A stretch of 64,000 nucleotides of DNA from Octopus sinensis (Eukaryota). The position numbers were made by a program, and so were the translations under genes. Positions 39,307 to 53,013 of this stretch are shown here, piece after piece (the first letter of the stretch is position 1; each line of letters begins with the position of its first letter). The stretch lies in assembly GCF_006345805.1 (NCBI RefSeq), contig NC_043005.1, positions 72,974,001-73,038,000 of the forward strand, read 5' to 3'. The notes beneath the pieces are model-generated. The model had not been told where the DNA came from. It saw only the letters and a list, made by a program, of their open reading frames with translations, and did not search any database.

Positions 39307-39665
39307 GTGGAGGCGCAATGGCCCAGTGGTTAGGGCAGCGGACTCGCGGTCGTAGGATCGCGGTTTTGATTCCCAGAGCGAAAACACCTAAAAAGCTCCA
39401 CGAGGCTCCGGCAGGGATGCTGGTGATCCCTGCTGTACTCTTTCACCACAACTTTCTCTCACTCTTACTTCCGGTTTTTGTTGTACCTGTATTTCAAAGG
39501 GCCGGCCTTGTCACTCTCTGTGTCACGCTGAATATCCCCGAGAACTACGTTAAGGGTACACGTGTCTGTGGAGTGCTCAGCCACTTGCACGTTAATTTCA
39601 CTAGCAGGCTGTTCCGTTGATCCGATCAACCGGAAACCTCGTCGTCGTAACCGACGGAGTGCTTC
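39307..39665 (+). mobile_element. SINE family B
   Basis: A-box tggcccagtggtt; TSD tatcaattgt. Confidence 0.85.
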
Positions 39666-42600
39666 CCATCTATCAATTGTCTCAACAACGTTTAGTTAAT
39701 ATTCATAGAAAGCCCCTAAATATATGATTGAAGTATTGTTGTTAGAATTGTTCTGTTCAAATTCAGTTCAAATTCAGTTACTATTAATCCATGACGGAGT
39801 TACTGATGCACCCCAATCCTATTATTTCAGCCATTTACCTTCTGTTCTCAAGGCATTTATTTACCCATAAAATATTTCAGAGATCATTGGTCCAGTGTTT
39901 ATAATCAGAGATATTCTACTGAAAACATATCATTTGACATCTGAGCAAAAATCAATTCTTTCGTTTTCCAGTGGCATTACCAACATTTGAAAGAGCGCCC
40001 CCGTTTCAACGATGTAAACTCCGAGAGTTTGAAACGCCAAGTTTCAAACTCTCGAAGTACGAAAACCGAATATAAAAAAAGAAAAAGAGGCATGCGGTTA
40101 AGGGGACACTCACGTCGGGTCGCTGACTTGTGAGAAATACTTTTGTTATTGTCGTTGATCTCGTCGTTAACCCAAGACCAGCTTTGATCGGGCAAGCTAA
40201 GCGTTTCCAGCCGCGTCCTGCACGTCTTGGGTTTAGGAATAGTATATATAGGACTACATTATTCAATGTGCCTCCCTTTCGTTTTTTAAGATGGTGGTGT
40301 GTGATTTGGGCAGGTTTGGCTGTTTTTCTTGCAGAACAAGCGACTGCAAACAGTCTACCCCATTTTGTTATTTATAGTGTATATAAAGTGTTTACACTAC
40401 ACTATGTCCTGAAATATCGTTTTAAATGGAATACATCTCAACTACGTATTCAGTTAGGAATGTATTACGATCTCTGCAACATTTATTTAAAAATCTATAA
40501 AAGTTTATTATTTCAATCATTAGTGATGGAATTTAATTGAAAGCAGGGAAAAAAGCAATAATCGCATGGGAAAAGGTAGGTGATATGTGTGTAATATGGC
40601 TGCCATAAAGAGCATGTTGCAATCTTTAGCAACATAAACTTCTCGTATGCGAAAATACTGTTATATTGTTATTTACGTTAGTTAATAGCTTCTGAAAATT
40701 CTAATTAATTCGCTCGAAATTGCTGTTGTCAAGTTTTGTTTAAACACATCAGAGGAAACATTTAATCTGTGGGTATATAAAATAACAAACATCAGAATAC
40801 CCGAAAATAATAACACAAGGACATTCCCGTGTTTGTATTTTATAAGATGGAAACGACAAATATATTTGCATGTAAGAGAAATATTTTGTTTCCTGAATCA
40901 TTATTGCTTCACTCAGTATTTAGGCTTCTTTCCATAAAGTGATTATATCTAGGCATTATCTTAAAGCCACCATGCAATAAGCGATATATCTTATTTAAGT
41001 ATTATATCACACGCGTTATATTATAAGCATTAACGAAGTTATTATTAAACAGTTTAGATATTCTCTTCCTAAATATAAAATGCCGGGTTCATTTATTGTG
41101 CGCGACATCTTGAGCAAGAATATTTTTACCAAAATTCCATATCGGTCACAAAGGTGTAAGTAAAATTAAGAAAACGGAAAGAATGTTTGGAAGCTCATGA
41201 TATGGTGTGTTCTTGTAAATCAAAGAGCCAATCTCCTCACACAATGCATCATGCTGAATCTGCTAGAGAACTGAGTTAATTGTACAAGTGTCTGGGAAAT
41301 ACTCTGTTATTTACGCGCTCAATCAAAGACCAGGTAGTTCAGGTGATCGCACCATGGGAATACACATCGTCGAAACCAACAGAAATCCATTATTTTATTT
41401 CAAAGGTGTTATATGTCGGTAATGTAATACAGGTATCATATGCTGGTATTGTAATATAAGTATTATAAGCATTACATATATCGTTATTGTAATATAGAAA
41501 TTGTGTATTACAAACATTATGTGTCCGTATTGTGTATACAATATTAGTATGCAATTTTTATATTAGGTATTGCGTACTAGGTGTTAAGGTGGCAAGCTAA
41601 CAGAATCGTTAAAGCGTTGGACAATATTGTTTTGGCTCTTTACGTTCTGAGTTCAAATTTCCGCCGAACTTAACTTTGTCTTACATTCTTACGGGGCCGA
41701 CCTAATCGAGTAAATTCTTCCTCCTAAACTTTACTGGTCATGTGCTAAAATTTGAAACTATTCTATATTAGACATTACATTACAGATGTTTACGATATAA
41801 TTAAGTGCTGCTCTACTAACAATAGAAATGTTAACATATACACGATAGTCTGCAACCGTTGTTATTACAAATAGTTTGTAAGTCAGTTGACCTTTTAAGG
41901 AATTAAAACCTGCTTTACACTAACTTGATTTTCGGGTTATGTTTTGCTTCAATTTAATAAAATAATAATTGAATTCATCATTGTTATCGTCGAACACATA
42001 GAACCAATGTGATACTAACAGCTGCTGAAGATTTGCGTACCTTTAAGTATTAGAGGTTTATCTATATAGAATATAAGTCTTCATACGAAGAAACTAGTGA
42101 ATTTCGGCCTGAGGCAACTAACAAGCTCCATTTCCGAGTGAAAACTTAAAACTATTTCGAAATTATCCTTTAGTAAACTATCTACTATAACTTCGCCATA
42201 CCCACCAACCCCGCAAAATAAAGCAATTGACCACACAATTTCTTAATAGATACATACATCTGAAATTCTGCTTTCATAATACAGATTAACTGTATTATGG
42301 CTGATACATACGGGGACGAATTATTCGCAATTCATTGGTGACCAGAATATTTTCTGTTCGCGTACTACCCATTCTACAGGAAAACAACCCTCTTGATTTG
42401 GTGTCAGGCATTTAAAGGTTCATTTCTTAAAAAGAAAGTCATTATAGATATATCAGACCTATGGCTATTCTCTCCAGGTAGTAAATCCTACAGTAACCTT
42501 CAGTGAAAATTACTAGAGAGAAAACAAGTTGCCAACGGAAAAATATCACACCTCTTGTGTAGCTGAACCTCGTTTAAATGTATTTTTCCATGGGGAATGG

Positions 42601-44221
42601 GAATTTTCCGCTACGTGATCGAAAAAATCCCCGCATATTTTAGTTATTGTCTTTAAAGCTTTAAAGATGCGACAAATCCATTAATATAATGGTTTCAAAT
42701 TTTAACGCGGCCAACAGTTTTTTGAGGGCAAGGGCAAGTTGATTATCTGCCCTTGCTATTGCTTATCTTATCGACACTGAAAGGACGCAAGGCAGTTTTG
42801 ACCTCAGCAGAATTTAAGCTCAAAGCATTAAAATGGTCGAAGTGTCGCTGAGCATTTTGTCCGGTGTACTAATATGATATCATTAAGAGTGTCAAATTTT
42901 ACGAAATTCTTAAGCTGTTGTATTTTGCTTCTATGCCTGTAGCAGCTATAAATACGTTGTAACTTGCTAGCTCTGGATGTTTTGATAGTAGAAGTTACTT
43001 AAACATTTTAAACTGATTTGTCTCTGGCATTGCTCTTATTTTCACATGATAGTTTGCTCATATTATAAAACTATTATCTGGGTAATATAGTTATGTAAAG
43101 AGAATAAAATAAAGATAGATAATGTGAGCGGAACTATATCTTTTGCTTAGCGAAGTAAAAATGTATCCCATATTTGTTTAGCAGGCAGTTTATCTCATGT
43201 TTTATCCTATCAGCCACGTTTCATTATACATCTTAACACTTTATAGATACACTAAGTTTAATGGTTAATATCATGTCATTATTATAACAGCGGTGTACCT
43301 TAAATGTAGCGTAGGTGTAGATGCAAACACCGAGAAAGCCATTTTTATGACGCGGTTGTGATTTCACGTCGATCTGTTTGATGTACAACATATACTTATT
43401 GATCTCGACGATTCTCACTCGTAACATTTCCATCACATTTATTCGAAATTGAAAATTTTAACACCCAGTTTTTTGTAAAGTAATAATGTTTTAATATTGC
43501 TTCAAATATTACATTTAGAGACGAGACACTAAATGGTTCGGTTCTTATAGCTGTAAGTGCTATAGTCAGGGAACAACTCAAAGCAGCAATTAAATTTTCG
43601 TTACATCTACAAAATCTAGTGTTTCAAAGTGTTCAAAAATCTTTTTACGTGTAAAATATGCAATAAATATTACTTATATTCAGATCATTGAAGCTGTTTA
43701 TCTTCTCAACTCAAATCAGCTTCTGAGTTCTGCTTTAGACGTGAAGTAGCTAATGGTTCTGCTATGGTTAAAGGAAACTGGCCGCCAATGAGAGGGAAAT
43801 AAGGATAACTAAGTAGACAGTTTTGATTTTCTGCCAGTATCCAGCTGAGAGCGAAAAATGAATTACGTAGCAAAGGGCGTGAAAGAGTCCTTATGTAAAA
43901 GACAAAAATTAGAGTTTGTCACGTAGCAATCATTGTGTAAAAGGGATCTGACTCTACAGGCAAGCGTCGTGAATCTTATTATACAAGGTGATGCTTACAA
44001 AGTGATGACGTCTGCATGTGTTTTGTAGATAAAGACCGCGTTATAAATTGCTCGATCAAAATGTTCCTTACTCTGACAGAAAAAATAGATGCTCTAATAA
44101 TCACCTTTCAATAACATATTTATAAGCTTGAGAGCCTGTATAGAGTCAGTATATTTGTGAGAAATAGTAACCAATCTACCTCTCAAAACAATCACTCTGT
44201 CGTGCTTTATATGAAAACAAA

Positions 44222-44281
<60 letters not shown>

Positions 44282-44588
44282 CGATGCAATATACGAAAGT
44301 CCCGGTTTTCACACCATTGCTCGTAGGTCAAATCCTATCAGAACTGATATAAGCAGCAAAAGCCATAACTGAAAAATAGTCTTTTCATACAAGTTTAAAA
44401 ACCACCACTGCATATATGAAGCAAAAAATGTGATCGCTATGTGGTAGCCCAGCCTGCTACAATTACCATTGTTATTCATGCATGCTCGTTAATGTATTCA
44501 AAGTATGGTCTATATTATTCTTGTCAGCTATATATCCTACACTTAGAGAGCGAAACTTTACAATACACACACACACACAGACACACAG

Positions 44589-44624
<36 letters not shown>

Positions 44625-44740
44625 CAGCCCAACGGCAAGTTAAAAGCATGTTGAACTGTGAACGAAGAAACATGACATCTTTTTCTTTAACTATATATAT
44701 ATATATATAGGGGTGAAAAGGAACACACGAGTTGATATAT

Positions 44741-45581
44741 ATGAAAAAACAAGTAAAAAATAGAAAATGCTAAAGTAATTTTATAGTGAACATTTCAGTA
44801 CCGGTTTCGGTCATTTTGAGACCTTTTCAACTGTAACGATTAATAATTAAATTTAGAAAAATTAGAAGAAAAGTTTTTTTAAAAGAATATTTCTATAGTA
44901 GGTTCAGATTAAGTGGCATTCTGCCTTTCTCTGACTCCTTGTTTGCACTTGTGTGTTCGAGGTAGTTGTGAGCTCTTGGTAGGGTAGTAGAGAGAAGGCT
45001 GGTGAGGAAAGGGGGGTGGGAGAATCTGGGAGTGCCCTGATGGTCGTATTTTGAATGGTCAGTGGCGGCTGGCAGTCTCAGTTCAATTCAGGGGAATATT
45101 TATATTGACAGGCTTCTTTATAGAATTAGCGTAGGTGTTATACTAAAAAACATTAGTGACAAACTAAGGGGTAGGGGGTGGAGAAGAAGAAGAAGAAGAA
45201 GAAGAAGAGAGGAGAAGGAGAAGGAGAAGATGACGATGATGGTGATGGTGGTGATGATTATGACGACGATGATGATGATAACGATGATGATGAAGAAGAA
45301 GAAGAAGAAGAAGAAGGAGGAGAAGGAGAAGATGGTGGTGATGATGGTGGCGATGATGATGATGCCGATGATGATGATAACGATGATGATGAAGAAGAAG
45401 AGGAAGAAGAAGAAGAAGAAAAACAGAGAAGGGAGAATATGAATGGTGTAAATATAGCTATGAAGGGGCTGATTAGTAATGGATTCTATTGAGTGTAGTA
45501 TTTGTGTGTGTATATATATTTTTTTCTTTTATTCTAAAGTTGAGGTATATTAATTAATATACCTCAACTTTAGAATAAAAG

Positions 45582-45619
<38 letters not shown>

Positions 45620-46392
45620 TACACACACAAATACTACACTCAATAGAATCCATTACTAATCAGCCCCTTCATAGCTATATTTACACCCATTCATATTCTC
45701 CCTTCTCTGTTTTTTCTTCTTCTTCTTCCTCTCTTCTTCATCATCATCGTTATCATCATCATCGGCATCATCATCATCGCCACCATCATCACCACCATCT
45801 TCTCCTTCTCCTCCTCTTCTTCTTCTTCTTCTTCTTCATCATCATCGTTATCATCATCATCGTCGTCATAATCATCACCACCATCACCATCATCGTCATC
45901 TTCTCCTTCTCCTTCTCCTTCTTCTTCTTCTTCTTCTTCTTCTTCTTCTCCACCCCCTACCCCTTAAGTTTGTCACTAATGTTTTTTAGTATAACACCTA
46001 CGCTAATTCTATAAAGAAGCCTGTCAATATAAATATTCCCCTGAATTGAACTGAGACTGCCAGCCGCCACTGACCATTCAAAATACGACCATCAGGGCAC
46101 TCCAGATTCTCCCACCCCCCTTTCCTCACCAGCCTTCTCTCTACTACCCTACCAAGAGCTCACAACTACCTCGAACACACAAGTGCAAACAAGGAGTCAG
46201 AGAAAGGCAGAATGCACTTAAATCTGAACACTACTATAGAAATATTCTTTTAAAAAAACTTTTCTTCTAATTTTTCTAAATTTAATTATTTAATCGTTAC
46301 AGTTGAAAAGGTCTCAAAATGACCGAAACCGGTACTGAAATGTTCACTATAAAATTACTTTAGCATTTTCTATTTTTTACTTGTTTTTTCAT
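44741..46392. repeat. ~1.65-kb spacerless palindrome centred at 45553/45554, of a Penelope-like 3' region
   Basis: Centre tgaggtatattaa|ttaatatacctca; arms mirror each other including (GAA)/(GAT) tracts. A weak GIY-YIG C-terminus-like remnant KEACQYKYSPELN*DC lies at ~46013-46060. Confidence 0.9.
46297..46341 (+). ncRNA. Type I hammerhead-like motif, U3-A8 core variant (mirror copy at 44792-44838, minus)
   Basis: ttacag-TTGAAAA-GGTC-tcaaaat-GACC-GAAA-CCGG-T-A-ctgaaa. Confidence 0.65.
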
Positions 46393-46461
46393 TCATATAT
46401 ATATATATATATATATATATTAATATATATAATATATATTATATATATATATATTATATAT

Positions 46462-46544
<83 letters not shown>

Positions 46545-46577
46545 CGGGGTTGTGTTGACCGCGCGAGGAGAAATGAT

Positions 46578-46742
46578 GGGAGACGAAAAATTATAAAAAG
46601 GCAGAATAATAAAAATGGGTGTATGAAAAATTAAAAAATAATTTTAAAAAATAATAAAAAAATAATAATTAATTTCCATACACCCATTTATATTAAAATT
46701 TACCTTCAATTTAGCATTCTGCCTTTTTATAATTTTTCATCT

Positions 46743-46744
<2 letters not shown>
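46578..46744. repeat. Short fold-back (MITE-like) element in (TA)n
   Basis: ggagacgaaaaattataaaaaggcagaat / attctgcctttttataatttttcatctcc, plus inner aaatgggtgtatg / catacacccattt. Confidence 0.7.
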
Positions 46745-46786
<42 letters not shown>

Positions 46787-46968
46787 ATACAAAAAACGGA
46801 AAAAAGACAATAAAACAACATCAGCGGAAGGACGTAGCACACATACACGGATATATATTTTATTTGGTCCGCCTTACATCATTTTGTATCAAGGAGAATT
46901 GTCAAGACTCTATTTAAACATTGATTATTCAACACGCACGAAGATAAAATTTTTTACCTGCCCTTCTC

Positions 46969-47017
<49 letters not shown>

Positions 47018-47088
47018 ATATATATATATATATATATGCATACACACACTCACATACGCACACACACACATATATATGCATATACACT

Positions 47089-47200
47089 ATTAAAACTGCA
47101 AAAGCATCACAAAAACATTATAACTGACTGATGAACGGGGACGTGAAACTCTGAGTAGCAGTTTGTTCTGATATTTTTGTGATGTTGTTGCAGCTTTAAT
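47089..47200 (+). ncRNA. Type I hammerhead-like motif with long stem I
   Basis: aactga-CTGATGA(47128)-ACG-GGGA-CGT-GAAA-CTCTGAG-T-A-gcagtt; outer arms ctgcaaaagcatcacaaaaa / tttttgtgatgttgttgcag. Confidence 0.7.
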
Positions 47201-47299
47201 TAAAGAAAAAGGTTATTACCCTAATTCCGGTATTCGAGTACTATTTTCCGCCCCTTGTTTCCCATTTATATGCTTACTCTGGTATATGCATATTTATAT

Positions 47300-47410
47300 A
47301 AAGATCCCTTCACATTTAAACGGAATCTGAACAAATTTTTTCAAGGGATATCAGATAAACCACCTATGCCTGAATACAACTCACTCAACAAGAACTCCTT
47401 ATTTTAATGG
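47300..47410 (+). mobile_element. CR1/L2-like LINE 3' remnant
   Basis: FKRNLNKFFQGISDKPPMPEYNSLNKNSL. Confidence 0.55.
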
Positions 47411-47543
47411 TCCACGATACCACAAAATACCACAATACTTGTCTTAAGGATTTAGCAAATACTATCAGCTGGTGCTATCACGTTAGCCATGGCTTGGGTC
47501 GATCTTTGGTCGAAACATATCTAAGTTATGTATATGCACACAC

Positions 47544-47630
<87 letters not shown>

Positions 47631-47834
47631 GTGTGTGCATGTGTTTGTGTATATATATATAATACAGTGTACATTTAAACACATTAAGAGGTGTCCATCA
47701 TAGGAATGCCTTAGGCTAGAAGGAACAGCTAAAGTCCAAATCACTAATTAGGGATAAATTCTCGAAGGGAATGAAAAATAGAAACATTTACCATCTATTT
47801 CCTGGACCGGTTTCTGAATTTTTTTTAACAAGTA

Positions 47835-48052
47835 AAATAATTTACCAGGCGAAGTCTTCGTCAACAGGTACGCCAAGATTAAATATATAAACACGAAGCC
47901 AATCCACCATGTGCCTCTTGCTTATACATTATAATTTTTCTCAAATCCACTGCGCAAGCGCAGTTTTTTGTCGACAGCAGATTATACCGGCAATTTTATA
48001 TATTTAATCTTGGCGTACCTGTTGACGAAGACTTCGCCTGGCAAATTATTTT
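47835..48052. repeat. Fold-back element with ~55-bp near-perfect terminal inverted repeats
   Basis: aaaataatttaccaggcgaagtcttcgtcaacaggtacgccaagattaaatatataa and its reverse complement. Confidence 0.85.
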
Positions 48053-48061
48053 ATATACATA

Positions 48062-48115
<54 letters not shown>

Positions 48116-48929
48116 TACATATATACAAATATACATACATACATATGTATATATAGATATGTCTGATTATATATGTGTGTGTGTGTGTGTTTGTAGAATA
48201 GATTCCTGGATCGAACAATCATGGCCAGGACACTTCTAATTATGAATCAGTTGAATCTGGGCTGCTTCATGCTTAAAGGAAAACAGCAAGTATGAGAATC
48301 TAACAATGCTATTCATCGAAACACAAGCGACTATTGAATCAATAGTTGCTTTCCTACAGTGATTGTGTAGATTTAGATGAGACAAAATTAGTTGTTATCC
48401 ACAAAAGAAGTTATGTCGGGTTTCTTTTAAATTTAAAATAAATTGTTCTTAAACAAAACGAAATTAACTGAAATTGTTCACCGAATAGTGGAATGATCAA
48501 AACCGAAAAGGTATTGTCAATCAAAATGCTAAATTTAATATAGATTTTGAATAGCTATTTTCAATTGTTGGATACTACATTGTCTGTGTTTCGAGTGAAT
48601 AACCAATTTTACGTCTGAACATCGCATAGCTGATTAACTTATGCAAATAGTCATAAGTGTATTCTGACTTTTCGTACACTACCTGATGAGGAATATAGAA
48701 CTCGAAACACTACGTTTTGTAGTAGAAAACTTACTAAGAGGTATTACCACATATACCATGTTTATATCATGTCAGAACTTAACACTTTTCATTTTGTCTT
48801 TTTCTGTATAATAATTCATACCCGAAACGAACAGTTATCGTGCACTTGTGGTGACTAATGACTAAATATGATATATTCTGCGACGTATAATTCGTCACGT
48901 TATTGAGTGTAAATGCATTAACACATACA

Positions 48930-48993
<64 letters not shown>

Positions 48994-49590
48994 ACACACA
49001 ACACACACACACACACACATTTGGTTAATATACTAACCAAAGAACTAAAGTTATTTGCCAAGTCCTCATGTAATTTTCGAGTGAAAAAATAAATATTTCT
49101 TCAAACTTGCTTCTGGATATAAATGGCATTTAAGCAGGCAATCAAATTGCATTTTTTGTATTAGTTTGAGCGGTTTCCAGCATAAAGACACTACTTGATT
49201 TATTGAAATTAGTCACTTTCGATTCCACTATCTCTAACATCTTTATCTTCGGCACCATCATCACCACCATCACCACCGATACCATCCTCCCCACCTCCTC
49301 ATGAAGCTTGGTTACCGCTATCAACATGAACTGCACAAGCAACAGAAAGGGGGAAAAAAAGATGTAAAACATGTAGTTTCTCGTCACAAATTTCCTACCT
49401 CCTTGTGGTGCCTGAGAAAAAGCAAAGAAAAATATATAACAAAACCAAAACAAAAACAAGGAAGGGGGAAAAACACGCACACACACACACACTCAATCCC
49501 TGAAATGGCAGGACAAATCAAATATTTCATATTGGATTGTGAATTATTGAAGGAAATATTTAAATTCTACTACCATCAACGACGTCATCG

Positions 49591-49656
<66 letters not shown>

Positions 49657-50206
49657 CCAGCAACAGCATCTGTAGTAGTGAAAGCTAAAAGAGAGGCAGC
49701 AATGTTAATATCTCTTTGCAAATGTCCTTACCCCCACCCGCCCCCCACTGACTACCAGTTAAATGAATAACTCCAACTGTTACAGCTGAAATATTAGAAT
49801 ATCAGATTAAGAGATGGACACTCATTATTACATTATTATAAATTCCAGGACTTAAACTATATTACTGTATGTAGCACTGTATCCCCATTTTTGATACGTA
49901 TTACACAAGACTGCATTACTCTAATAATTCAGACTATTACTAAGATATATAGCATATAGAATTTTTTACGCCCCTAATTATGAAGAGAAGGTCAGTGATA
50001 ATAATTCATTTTTCGAAGGCTTCCGAATCTGGTTAGAGCAAGACTTGGAGTAGAACTTAAAGTAGAAACTTGTTCTGCAAGTTTATAACAGTATGATGTT
50101 CACTAAAGATATTAAAAAACGATGTTGCGGTGCTAAGTCTGGCTACGCATTAAATTTTCTTTGCAAGGACACAGAAAACACACACACACACACGCACACA
50201 CGCACG

Positions 50207-50239
<33 letters not shown>

Positions 50240-50379
50240 CACACACACACACACATGCACACAGAGAGGAGGGAAGACGTATTTGCAGAAACATTAGCGC
50301 GTGATATGTCGATGAATGGTCAAATGACCAATCCAAGATTCTTGCTAGTTCCTCAACTGTTACGATGGGATTTTGTTCC

Positions 50380-51870
50380 ACCAGAGATTGAAGGGTGTCT
50401 TCGTTGAGCTCTACAGATCTTCCAGAGCCTAGTCCTTGAAGACTGACCGCTCAGTACGCCAGGGATGTTCCCTGTCACCGATTTTGTATATATTGGCTCT
50501 TGTGCCATTGCTGTGGAAGTTGGAAGCGTTAGGGGGCATGCCAAATGATCTGTGATGTGGAAGGGGAGCCAATACGTATGCGGATGACATGTCCATCATC
50601 GTGTCCGAAGAAGAAAACGCCATTAAAGGATACGAGGCTGTGGCAGGTGCAAAGGTTAACCAGGACAAGTCGGTCGGCTTGCAACTCGACACCTGGAGGG
50701 GCAAGGCGGTGTCGTCCAATAACGTCGTGGGGCGTTGGACGGAATGTCCGGCTAAGTTGCCAGGGGTCTGGTTCGGTCCAGACCTCCAGATAGAGAAGAA
50801 TTGGAGCGAGGTCACGGGCAAGGTGACTGCTCTGACCTGGTCTGGGCGGACGTTATCTTTGCTAAGGAGGGCAGAGGTGACGCAGATATTCATAGCATGT
50901 CATCACCTACCGCCTGACCATTGTGCCTTGTTCCGATCTGTGGCTGAACAAGTTGGAAAGAATCCTTTTTCGCTTTTTGCAGAAGCGAGGAAAGCCACTT
51001 GTGAAGGAGTTCTGCTGCCAAAAACCGCTAGAGGGTGGGCTAGGGATGTCTTGGGTGAGGATGCGAAAATCCGCGTTAAGGTTGAGACACCTCTGGCTTT
51101 ACCTGGATGGGGAGCAAGGGTGGTCACCGCACATAGGGTTCTACTTTCCACAGATGGCGTCCTTAACGGACATTGGTCCATGGATCAACCGAAGACCTAA
51201 ACTAGGGGATTAGCAATCGGGGTGCCTGACGAAACTCCAGCTGTTCTCTCGAGCGGGCAATACCAGCAACAGGAGTTCCACTGCGGATTTCTATAGCGGG
51301 TTATTGGAATTTATGTCAGACTATATCCTAGGGGAGACTCTGGACTTCGATAGAAATCAGTTGATCAACCTGTTCAGGAGAACTTTCGGACCGGGTTATC
51401 TGGATAATCACCAGAAATCACTGACTTGGTAGTGCTACCGTTCGGCTTTGCCTCTTCGAGACAAGCTGTCAAGGCTCAGAAGTGCCGTCTCGCCGACTTG
51501 CCCTAAGTGAGGGCGGGATAGAGAAACTGTCTTGCACGCCTTCGTAGAGTGTCCGGAATTATCGGGACTGATAGCTTTCATCGAGCAACTGTTGTCAACG
51601 ATGGGAAGAGTGCAGCTATCGGCTGAGGCTATTGTGCCGTCTCCTTCCCTTAACAGGAAAAGGAAGGCTTGTTTTATTCTGTGTAGTAGCCATACTGAAA
51701 GAAATAGTATGGAAGACGTGCGTAAGAGATATAGTGACAGGTACCTTCGTGTCCGATCAGGGGTTGGTTAACTTCTTTCGGTACCACCTCGATAGCAAGA
51801 TCAGTTTAGAGAAGAGATACCTGTCGCAGAGCATGTTGGCAAAAAGATGGAAGCAAGTAGTGTACAAGCT
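50380..51870 (+). mobile_element. Tx1/L1-like LINE RT and C-terminal region, frameshifted
   Basis: VRQGCSLSPILYILAL, YADD, YEAVAGAKVNQDKS, EGGLGM, ETVLHAFVECP. Confidence 0.9.
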
Positions 51871-51934
51871 GTTGGCTCTTATCAGTGGACATGCACCCCA
51901 ATGGTGCTCAGATCGAGATCTGATCGCCATAGTG

Positions 51935-52382
51935 CTGCCTGTGGGCTCTTATCAGTGGTCATGCACCGCAATGGCACTCAAATCGAGATCTGATCGCCAT
52001 AGCGCTATTGCCAGGCAGAGAGGGACAATCGCCCCAACTCCGATCAGATCTTTCCTGCTCGGAATTTCGGGAGCCACCGTTGACACTGGCTTACGCTTAT
52101 TGTCCGATCCCCGTATAATGTATTCCCTTGCGTAGTTGCCTTTATTGATCTCATGAAGCAAAATATGCCGAATATACTCCTTTGTCGCTTCCATTATATA
52201 GCATTGAAAAATTACTGTTAAAATCGAAATGCACTCTTTAAATTTTGCACTAAGAATAAGTACAAGGTAAAATTGCTACCTGCTATTATAGCAAGTTAAT
52301 GCAGGTAGTTTATTCCGTACCCCTTCGGTTTTTAGTTCATGCAGTTGAAAAAACCGCATTATTAATGGGATGACCAAATATA
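51935..52382 (-). mobile_element. Mariner 5' end with TIR and deleted transposase
   Basis: MEATKEYIRHILLHEINKG; TIR-like tatttggtcatcccattaataatgcgg. Confidence 0.7.
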
Positions 52383-52534
52383 ATTTGAAAACAGAGCAAA
52401 ACAATGCTGTAATAACTTGAACTGTGATAGATACTACATTTGTATTTCACACACGGAAACTACAATAGAGTACAAATACGAAATAAGGTAGCTGTAGCTA
52501 AGATGCTCAGTCCTGCTATAACAACCAGCAATAA

Positions 52535-52948
52535 GGCGGCGAGCTGGCAGAAACGTTAGCACGCCGGGCGAAATGCTTAGCGGTATTTCATCTGTCGTTA
52601 TGTTCTGAGTTCAAATTCTGCCGAGGTCGACTTTACCCTCCATTCTTTCGAGGTCGATAAATGAAGTACCAGTTACGCACTGGGGTCGATGTAATAGACT
52701 TAATCTGTTTGTCTGTCCTCATTTGTTCTCCCTGTGTTTAGCTCCTTGTAGGTAGTAAAGAAATAGGTATTTCATCTGTCGTTACGTTCTGATTTCAAAT
52801 TCTGCCGAGGTCATCTTTGCCTTTCATCCTTTCGGGGTCGATAAATAAAGTACCAGTTTCGCACTGTGGTCGATGTAATCGACTTAATCCCTTTGTCTGT
52901 CCTTGTTTGTGCCCTCTATGTTTAGCTCCTTGTGGGTAGTAAAGAAAT
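52535..52948 (+). mobile_element. SINE family A, duplicated body
   Basis: TSD tataacaaccagcaataa. Confidence 0.85.
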
Positions 52949-52976
52949 ATATAACAACCAGCAATAAATTATAAAG

Positions 52977-53013
<37 letters not shown>

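Noticed and set aside
39307-39380. tRNA gene
   Set aside because: tRNA-like head of a SINE with body and TSD; no complete cloverleaf.
45062-45492. Acidic or Lys/Met-rich ORFs
   Set aside because: (GAA)/(GAT) trinucleotide tracts inside the palindromic repeat.
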